Positions 47,477-54,067 of a DNA stretch of 54,067 nt are shown here, in pieces. Below the pieces are notes generated by a model. That model searched no databases, was not told where the DNA came from, and saw nothing but the letters and a program-made list of their open reading frames with translations. The stretch covers positions 1 through 54,067 of IMG/VR virus record IMGVR_UViG_3300037506_000287; one strand, given 5' to 3'. Both the position numbers and the translations under genes were made by a program. The first letter of the stretch is position 1. Each line of letters opens with the position of its first letter. The DNA is from a virus (lineage: Duplodnaviria; Caudoviricetes).

Positions 47477-47673
47477 GCCTCTTGACAGAGAGGTGTACAC
47501 TTGGGTGGAGGGAGGGGGAAAGAGCCAAGAGGCTGGAAGCCTCGCGGCGCGGCCGAGCGTAGGGAGGTCGCCAAACAGGGAGAACATTCCCCACGTCTCA
47601 AAGTACAACGGGAAAAACGAAGAGAAGAAAACCTCCCTCCTGTTCACAACGACTATCGGGAAAGGATCACCTG

Positions 47674-49521
47674 TCATCCCACGCCTCCGGTAGTCATCTG
47701 CGGAAACCCCGCCATCTCACTCATCAGCGTAGAGGCTTGACTGGCGAACGGTTCCCCGCCACCCTCCGCCGGATTGAGAGTTCCGTTCGGAGACGCAGTA
47801 CCGGTGAGTTGCTCAGGAGCGTTCGGCTCCTTCGGGCGGCCCGGCATCCCCGGTAATCCCTGCTGCTGAATGGCTTGCAGGGTGAGCAAGGCTTTCTCGT
47901 CTCCCTCATCCGCCATTTCTTGCAGGGTTGATACGAGCAGATAGGTCTGCATGATGGGATGGGAAAGCGCCATCTCTTGAAGCCGTTTCTCCTTCTCATC
48001 ATCCGGCTGTTCCACTTCAAGATACCGCTCCATGATTGTCTCATCAGAGAGGAGGCCCTTCACCTGCGTCGCCATCGCATGCTTCCGTACCTGCTCGTTC
48101 GGGAATTGTGGCTTGATCTCGGCCCGCACGCGGTACCCCTCAACCTCGCCCCCAACGATCTGCTCCGTAAAGTCTTTACCTCGCATTCGGCCATACACTC
48201 GTACGACCGTGTTGTGGGCGAAGTTCTTGACCAATCGTAGCACCTTCATCGACCACATCGTAAAGAAGAGTTGAAGATGGATGACGGGTTGGGTGAGCCG
48301 GATGCGGTTCTGGTCGCCAAGCAATGAGATGGCATAACCACTCACTTGACTGGCACCAGTGCCAAACATCACGTCCGAGAAGCCCGACTGCTGAATGCGA
48401 GAGCGCAGGTGTTGAATGTGGAGTTCGGTGTCGGGCGGATTGCCCGGCCAGGCCGCGAACCCCGCCGACTCGCCGGTGTTGAGTTCGACGTGCTGACCCA
48501 CGCCGGGATCGACGATCACCGTCCGACCGGGCGCGGAGGTGGTGACGAACGGCAGCGAAGAGTACGCCGTGATCTGCCGATCACGCCGATTGACCGACCG
48601 TTCCATAGCGTCCACCGAGGTTTCCAGTGGGCGCAGGATGGAATGGCCCCAGCCGGAACTGTCGGAATGATCGACCGGCTTGAAAAAGCCGATGGTGAAA
48701 GGCAGGTCTTCATACCCGTCCATGATCCGTAAGGGGAAGATGAACTGCCCGCCGTAGATGACGGCGTTCCGCACCACCTCAGCCTTCCCACCATTCGGGG
48801 TCTCAACAACCGCCAATTCCCAATAGTTGATGAACTCATCTGTCGTGGAGAGTTTGTCGGTGGGAGTCAGGTGTTGGTAGCGTTCGATCTTGACCCCGTA
48901 GGCGGTCTCAACGTCATAGACCGTCATCTTTTCCACATGATAGATGCGGCCCCAGCGACGCGGGCCGGAGGCGAAGGGAAATATCTTCTTGGGGTCGATG
49001 ACCTTCACCTCAATCGGGACTTCCGACAACATCCGGCGCGAGATGACGTTCCCTTCCTCATCCGGCAACTGAATCTGTCCCTCCACCCGCATCTCCACCA
49101 ACGGGTTCCAGGGGGAATAGATCACGCCGCAGCCGTCGCGGACGAAATGGAGGACGGCTTCATACACCACGTCCGACTCCTCGCGTTCGTTGGCGATAGT
49201 CAACAGCCCTGCCAGAAACTTCTCGATCTTGCTGGTGGTTTTGGAGGGCGAGGACGACCAGCCATAAGCATGCCAGTTCAGGCTATTCGCCAGCAGCACA
49301 CCGACCGCCAGATCGACTGTATTGGTGTAGGTCGGATCGTTGAAGCGGTACTCATTTTCCTTGGGGGTAGTTTTGTTGTGAACGAAGTCATACAACTCCC
49401 GCCAACGGTCGATCTGTTGATGCCATCGCTTGCACAGAGTTTGGGCTTGAGAATAAAAGACCAGGATGTTCGCCAGGTCATTGTAGCTTTCGGTCTCGTT
49501 TGGGATGAAAGATGTATCCAT
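47674..49521 (-). CDS. portal protein
   Basis: 615 aa directly after TerL; GWGHS, SGYAI motifs; Pro/Gln-rich tail. Confidence 0.85.
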   Translation of the reverse strand: MDTSFIPNETESYNDLANILVFYSQAQTLCKRWHQQIDRWRELYDFVHNKTTPKENEYRFNDPTYTNTVDLAVGVLLANSLNWHAYGWSSSPSKTTSKIEKFLAGLLTIANEREESDVVYEAVLHFVRDGCGVIYSPWNPLVEMRVEGQIQLPDEEGNVISRRMLSEVPIEVKVIDPKKIFPFASGPRRWGRIYHVEKMTVYDVETAYGVKIERYQHLTPTDKLSTTDEFINYWELAVVETPNGGKAEVVRNAVIYGGQFIFPLRIMDGYEDLPFTIGFFKPVDHSDSSGWGHSILRPLETSVDAMERSVNRRDRQITAYSSLPFVTTSAPGRTVIVDPGVGQHVELNTGESAGFAAWPGNPPDTELHIQHLRSRIQQSGFSDVMFGTGASQVSGYAISLLGDQNRIRLTQPVIHLQLFFTMWSMKVLRLVKNFAHNTVVRVYGRMRGKDFTEQIVGGEVEGYRVRAEIKPQFPNEQVRKHAMATQVKGLLSDETIMERYLEVEQPDDEKEKRLQEMALSHPIMQTYLLVSTLQEMADEGDEKALLTLQAIQQQGLPGMPGRPKEPNAPEQLTGTASPNGTLNPAEGGGEPFASQASTLMSEMAGFPQMTTGGVG

Positions 49522-51578
49522 CAGCTTCTCAATTCAAAAGGCAAGGCCAATTGGGTTCGATCTACTCTACCCAGTCGGGTGGAGTCGGTAAAGGGCGAAA
49601 CGATCACGATGGGCGCGGGTGATCCTACGCCGCCCATCTCAATGCTGTACAGGGCCGAAATCGAGGCGGCTACGGTGAAGTCGATGTACTTCTTCCAACG
49701 GCGCGTCCTGAGCGCCCGACCACTGATATTGGTCTTGTCTTTCGCGATACGATACCCCCGGCTGGTCTCGACCGCAACCGTGTTGCGGATGTGGGTTGCC
49801 GCTTCCTCGTCGGGATAGGTGTGGTATTGGCCGCGCCGCAACAGGTTAAAGAAATTCTGGCTGGCGCGGATCATCACATCCGTGTTCTGGACGACCTCCT
49901 CGACGCGCAGTCCAGCATTCTGAAGAGTCTTCATTGACCGGGAGAACTGGTACGGGTCGGCGGCGACCCCGGTAATCTTGAAGCGTGTTTTGAGACGCAA
50001 TATCCATGCTTCCGCTGTCATTTCCAGATCAATCGGGTCGTCGGGTTGAGGTGTCCAGATGTGGTGAAACATCTGAATCACATCGCCCTTGGCCGGGTCG
50101 TAGGTAGTGCCGACCACTGCCAGACAGTCGTTTTTGATGCCCACATCCACTCCAAGCCAGATAGGGAACAGTCGGTAGGGATGATCTTCCCACACCTCGG
50201 CGGAGCGGTCGTAGTGCTTCTCGGCGGCCGTCCACAAGTCGGGCGGTATAAAGCTCTCCCGGTTCGAGACCCAATGATTGCCCCACAACCGGAGCATGTC
50301 GCTGGGGCGTAAATCGTCCTGCTCGGCAATGAAGGCGTCCGACTGCCAAGGCATTCGCGGAACATGATCCCAATACGTGAATTGGCGACCTCGTTTCCAG
50401 CACGGCAAGGGTTCCCCATCCAGTTCCAGTCCGAGGGGCGTGCCTTTGCCATCTTTGTGTTCTTCCGGCCCGACCCCTCGCGTATAGAGCTCCCATAACA
50501 GGTCGCTCTCGTTCTCGAACCCGGCGTAGGTGACGATGACGCGGAGCGAATGACGCACCGTCGGGATGGGGGTCATCTCCGAATAGGTACGGCGACTGCC
50601 CTCGCTGTTGTGCGTGGCATAGCCCTCGGCGATGAAGGTCTTTTTGTCGGTCTGAAGGGTCACCATCGGCTGATCGGTAAGATCAACGACTTCAACCACT
50701 GAAACCCACTCCAACGCATCCATCCGTCCGAGATTATCGAGACCCTTTTCCACTCGCGCAGGGAGCGTGCCGAGTCCCCCCATATCCAATACCCGCATCA
50801 ACTTATCCCCTTTACGAAGGTTATCGGTTTCCGCCCACACCACTCTGTTCTGACCGCTGGACGGGCGGATGAGCCATTTATGATTCGGGGTGCAGGTGAA
50901 CTCTTTTCCGTTGGACAGTCTCACCAGTTGCGCCGGGAGTGTGCGAAGACCCGTTCGAGTGACTCGCCCTATCCGGTAAGAGCGATGATAACTCATTTGT
51001 CCTTCGTCAAAAGAAATAACGGGATCGCCGGGTTGCAAAGTCTCCGCCGGAACCCAGGTCAGGTCGCCGCGCAACACTTTCGTTCCGGGAGCGATACACA
51101 TGTAGGCCCACAATTCGTCCCATACGGTCAGTGAGTGGCGCGAGCCGGCGGCGGATTTGTACTCCTTGGCGATGGCTTGGATGAATGTCCCGTTCTTCAG
51201 TTCGACGCGATCCGTCGGGTAAGACAAACCCGTCTGATGCTGCATGTGATAACGCACATCACGCAGCACCCGCGCCTCGGCCTGTTCCTGGTCATTGGCG
51301 ATGACGAAGCACTCGGAGCCAGGTTCGATCTCGTGAGCAAACCACGTAGCGATAGCAGCGGCGAGAGCGGTCTTGCCCGACTTTTTCGGAGCGGACAGAA
51401 GAACAGTCGTGTAGGGCAGCCGGCCGGTTTCGTTGGGGGTGAGGCAGTGGTCGAGGATGACTTTCTGATGGGGTTCAAGTTTCAATAGACCCGCCCCGGC
51501 CCATTCGCCTTTGACGGCATCCCAGGACTCCTTGACCCAAAATCCTTCTTCATCTAACCATTGAACGAATGAGCGCAT
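49521..51578 (-). CDS. terL: terminase large subunit with mini-intein
   Basis: PKKSGKT Walker A, VWDELW Walker B, ITYAG, LGVDVGIKND, ADPYQ, IDFTVA. Confidence 0.92.
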   Translation of the reverse strand: MRSFVQWLDEEGFWVKESWDAVKGEWAGAGLLKLEPHQKVILDHCLTPNETGRLPYTTVLLSAPKKSGKTALAAAIATWFAHEIEPGSECFVIANDQEQAEARVLRDVRYHMQHQTGLSYPTDRVELKNGTFIQAIAKEYKSAAGSRHSLTVWDELWAYMCIAPGTKVLRGDLTWVPAETLQPGDPVISFDEGQMSYHRSYRIGRVTRTGLRTLPAQLVRLSNGKEFTCTPNHKWLIRPSSGQNRVVWAETDNLRKGDKLMRVLDMGGLGTLPARVEKGLDNLGRMDALEWVSVVEVVDLTDQPMVTLQTDKKTFIAEGYATHNSEGSRRTYSEMTPIPTVRHSLRVIVTYAGFENESDLLWELYTRGVGPEEHKDGKGTPLGLELDGEPLPCWKRGRQFTYWDHVPRMPWQSDAFIAEQDDLRPSDMLRLWGNHWVSNRESFIPPDLWTAAEKHYDRSAEVWEDHPYRLFPIWLGVDVGIKNDCLAVVGTTYDPAKGDVIQMFHHIWTPQPDDPIDLEMTAEAWILRLKTRFKITGVAADPYQFSRSMKTLQNAGLRVEEVVQNTDVMIRASQNFFNLLRRGQYHTYPDEEAATHIRNTVAVETSRGYRIAKDKTNISGRALRTRRWKKYIDFTVAASISALYSIEMGGVGSPAPIVIVSPFTDSTRLGRVDRTQLALPFELRS
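50607..51098 (-). mobile_element. mini-intein (164 aa) in TerL
   Basis: Starts CIAPGTKVL, block B TPNHKW, ends FIAEGYATHN/S. Confidence 0.9.
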
Positions 51579-51707
51579 AGTGGCGAATTACGACAACGAC
51601 TAACTGATGGCAAGTGGCGGTCATTCGTTCGGCATAACCGCTGGCGATGACTGAGCATCGACGACAAACGCCGTTAGCGTTGAGCGGGCCGTTACACCCG
51701 GGGCACG

Positions 51708-52088
51708 TCATCCCGTGCTACCTACTTTCTTATCTCTTGCGGCTACATCCCCGCCAAGAGTGATGTCCTTTCCGGCGGCCAAAACGATAGTGCTAATCTC
51801 GTCCAGGTCGGACGGGTTGTAACGTCCACCCTGCTTCAAGACCCACACAATGTTAGCGACCGCCTGCAACGCGCTCGCCGCTTGACTGCGAGTCTTGTCC
51901 AACAGGTCGCTCAGTCGGTCGTTTTCGCCCTGAAAGAGGTCGCGCATCAAGGCGATTTCGCGGGCGAAGTCTTCGCGTAGCTTCGTCATCCGCACCTCAC
52001 AGGAATACTCCCGCCACGTTATGAGTCCGGTACCTGCGCCAGTGAGCAACACAAGGATGAGCACTGTCTCGGCCACGCTTAGAGTCAT
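51708..52088 (-). CDS. membrane-anchored coiled-coil protein
   Basis: N-terminal transmembrane helix. Confidence 0.6.
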   Translation of the reverse strand: MTLSVAETVLILVLLTGAGTGLITWREYSCEVRMTKLREDFAREIALMRDLFQGENDRLSDLLDKTRSQAASALQAVANIVWVLKQGGRYNPSDLDEISTIVLAAGKDITLGGDVAARDKKVGSTG

Positions 52089-52114
52089 ATATAGGGTTCC
52101 ATTCGACGTGTGGG

Positions 52115-52408
52115 TTACGACTTAGGAGTGCCTTTGCGTTTTAACAGCGCAAAGGCTTTGGCGGCTGTAGATGGTGAGCCGAGAGATGTGGCGGCGGCGA
52201 GAACCTTTTTTGATTGGGGAGTGAGTTCGACACCAGACCCAACAAGCTTTTTCACTCGCTCTTCCATTACTGATTTGAGGGCTGGGGATGCTGCCGAACC
52301 AGTCGGGTTTTCCTCGCGAGGTTTGGGTTTGCCTAATGGTTTGGGGATACCGCCTTCGGGCCGAGACTTGATAGCGGAAGGCATGGACTTGCCGGTGGCA
52401 TTGGGCAT
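52115..52408 (-). CDS. basic hypothetical protein
   Basis: TAATG coupling. Confidence 0.55.
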   Translation of the reverse strand: MPNATGKSMPSAIKSRPEGGIPKPLGKPKPREENPTGSAASPALKSVMEERVKKLVGSGVELTPQSKKVLAAATSLGSPSTAAKAFALLKRKGTPKS

Positions 52409-52635
52409 TAGCTGTCCCCTAACTCACGCTTGATACGTGCGATGATGGCTTTCGCTTTGGCGGCGGTTGCGTTGTCACGCGATCCGTTGGCGAGCAAGAG
52501 CAATTTCCTGACAACTCCGGCGCGATCCTTGCGGGCGGCCGCGACAAGTCGGTCGCCATCCGGCCAACCCAACCTTCTGAGCGAGCCGGAGGTAGCATCG
52601 TCGAAGGCTTGGCTCGACCAATTCTTTTTCTTCAT
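52408..52635 (-). CDS. basic hypothetical protein
   Basis: ATGA coupling. Confidence 0.55.
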   Translation of the reverse strand: MKKKNWSSQAFDDATSGSLRRLGWPDGDRLVAAARKDRAGVVRKLLLLANGSRDNATAAKAKAIIARIKRELGDS

Positions 52636-52991
52636 ATGCGCCTACCGTTTGTCTGACGCGGCACCAAAATACCTTGCTGTGCCTTGATCTGTTGAGCTTG
52701 CGCCTGAATGCTGCTGCCTATCTTCATAAGAAAGTCCGAAGCGATTAGCAATTGAGCCGGTAGGCATCCTGCATTCTCGACAGTGTAATACACCGACTCG
52801 GATTCAAAGGTTGCCGTGAGCGTCGGCTTGGTTCCCTGCATAGAGACGCTATCTCCGGTTTTGCCCCGAGAAAGTTCGAGGGCGAGCAGAATAATCTGTT
52901 CGCCGGAGATGTGATTAGACCATGATACGTCGAACGCGATGCTGGCCTCGTCATTGAAAGTCACCCTGACAAAGGGCTTGGGTTCGGGCAT
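52632..52991 (-). CDS. hypothetical protein, first gene of the leftward operon
   Basis: AAGGA RBS. Confidence 0.65.
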   Translation of the reverse strand: MPEPKPFVRVTFNDEASIAFDVSWSNHISGEQIILLALELSRGKTGDSVSMQGTKPTLTATFESESVYYTVENAGCLPAQLLIASDFLMKIGSSIQAQAQQIKAQQGILVPRQTNGRRI

Positions 52992-53105
52992 GATGTTTTT
53001 TCCTTTCTAACGAAAGTATAGGCAAGTCGGATGGGGGACGCAACCCCAACCAACCCTAACCGCCACCGCCTGAGTTTTAGCGTATGCTGTCGCCAAGGTG
53101 AAAGT

Positions 53106-53513
53106 ATGATAACTGATGAAGACCTGATGAATCTGCCGGCTGGTTTGGCGATGAATCTGATGATCGCCCAGGCTTTCCCGGCGTTGGGTTGGAAGGTTCA
53201 GACCGTCAAAGGGGTGGTCGGCATTGAGGACGAGATGCCCATCAGGCTTTTCGAGCCGTCCAGCAGCCTCGTCCATGCTTGGGAGGTGGTCGAGCACATC
53301 ATCCAGCACGGGTTCAATCTGAATTTCGAGTGGCCCCCCGAGACGGATTCAGATTCTCCGCGGTATTGTTGTGGTTTCGGAGAGTACCGAGCGGCCGGCG
53401 AGACCGCACCCATAGCGATTTGTCGAGCGGCTCTGATTCTGGCCCGCCATCTCCATTTAGTGACCGATGACCAAATACAGAGTTATCTTCGATCCGCATC
53501 CCATCCCGATTGA
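53106..53513 (+). CDS. phage ABA-sandwich-domain-like protein
   Basis: PSSSLVHAWEVVE...ETAPIAICRAAL. Confidence 0.65.
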   Translation: MITDEDLMNLPAGLAMNLMIAQAFPALGWKVQTVKGVVGIEDEMPIRLFEPSSSLVHAWEVVEHIIQHGFNLNFEWPPETDSDSPRYCCGFGEYRAAGETAPIAICRAALILARHLHLVTDDQIQSYLRSASHPD

Positions 53514-53790
53514 GGGGATCGTCCTCAGTGAGGCGGAAATTGTGAGGGCCATCCGAATGATGACGCTTCGGGATGGTACGCTCCTGTCGGACGGGCGTAA
53601 ACGATTTTGGGCCGGGATGAAAGACGGTCAGCCTCTCATCATCCGAACGATGCACAAGAAACTGGTCGAGTCTGAGTCGATCTACTGTTGCACTACTTGT
53701 GGGGAGACCGATCCGGCCTTGTTCAACAAAAGTCCGACCACTTGCTGTCGCGAGTGCCAGAGTATAAGAAACAAAGGAAGGCGGAGATAA
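53467..53790 (+). CDS. hypothetical protein with C-terminal Cys cluster
   Basis: CTTCG...CREC. Confidence 0.55.
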   Translation: MTKYRVIFDPHPIPIEGIVLSEAEIVRAIRMMTLRDGTLLSDGRKRFWAGMKDGQPLIIRTMHKKLVESESIYCCTTCGETDPALFNKSPTTCCRECQSIRNKGRRR

Positions 53791-53930
53791 TGTTTGACGA
53801 TGACCAGACAGGAAGTGGCGGGCCTGCCGCCGCCGGTTGTGTGCTGTTGGCCTGGTTTCTTGTGATCGCAGTGTTGGTCATCGCCTGGGCAATCATCGGG
53901 ATTGCAGGAATCCCGGGAGGAGGTTTCTAA
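53790..53930 (+). CDS. small membrane protein
   Basis: TAATG coupling; single hydrophobic helix. Confidence 0.55.
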   Translation: MFDDDQTGSGGPAAAGCVLLAWFLVIAVLVIAWAIIGIAGIPGGGF

Positions 53931-54067
53931 TGGATATCGGTATGCTGTGGAAGGATGATGATGGCCGGCGCTCTTTGCAGGAAAAAGTGGCGCGCGCGGT
54001 TGACTACTATCAACAGAAATATGGCGAGCAGCCGACCGTGTGCGTGATCCATCCGCACATGTTGCCC
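53930..54067 (+). CDS. conserved hypothetical protein (truncated by window end)
   Basis: MDIGMLW.D....L..KV.RA..YY..KYG..P..C..HP, which I recall from Anaerolineae proteins. Confidence 0.6.
   Translation, partial: MDIGMLWKDDDGRRSLQEKVARAVDYYQQKYGEQPTVCVIHPHMLP

Noticed and set aside
47482-47501. TTGACA...TACACT promoter
   Set aside because: Spacer is only 8 nt.
51590-51700. Possible attC-like site upstream of terL (CTAAC...GTTATGC on the minus strand)
   Set aside because: No convincing internal pairing, and it lacks the motif shared by the three left-end copies.
51708-52991. Terminase small subunit among the genes upstream of terL
   Set aside because: Position fits, but none shows a recognisable TerS/HTH pattern.
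1-54067. tRNA genes, integrase, or alternative genetic code
   Set aside because: No cloverleaf or recombinase motifs recognised by eye, and genes are intact and tightly coupled under the standard code.

Overview
This window looks like most of a ~55-kb dsDNA tailed-phage genome, probably podovirus-like (N4-gp56-type major capsid, no tape-measure or sheath genes seen). It is cut inside + strand genes at both ends. Several independent cues suggest a Chloroflexota (Anaerolineae-like) host. The + strand (1-20.6 kb and 53.1-54.07 kb) carries three DNA methyltransferases, a long low-complexity palindromic non-coding region, and an array of small early genes punctuated by a conserved GC-rich hairpin. 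One of those early genes is a clear Csx15 homologue, followed by a CRISPR-repeat-like unit. A replication/recombination module follows (HNH, SNF2/HARP helicase, SSB-like protein, primase, PolA, UDG, RecA-like, PD-(D/E)XK and RuvC-like nucleases). The - strand (20.7-53 kb) carries an intein-containing TerL, portal, putative ejection proteins including a 2846-aa giant, scaffold, capsid, many small beta-rich structural proteins, adaptor, nozzle, fibre, and a lysis region with a glycoside-hydrolase-like protein and a holin-like protein. The most interesting signals are (i) the hairpin-delimited early cassette array with phage-borne csx15, a candidate anti-type III CRISPR system, (ii) a 15-bp palindrome GAGTAAG-N-CTTACTC dispersed across the genome, (iii) attC-like right half-sites between genes of the methyltransferase region, and (iv) a lone antisense gene with its own sigma70 promoter and hairpin leader. 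All family assignments come from motif recognition by eye; no searches were run.
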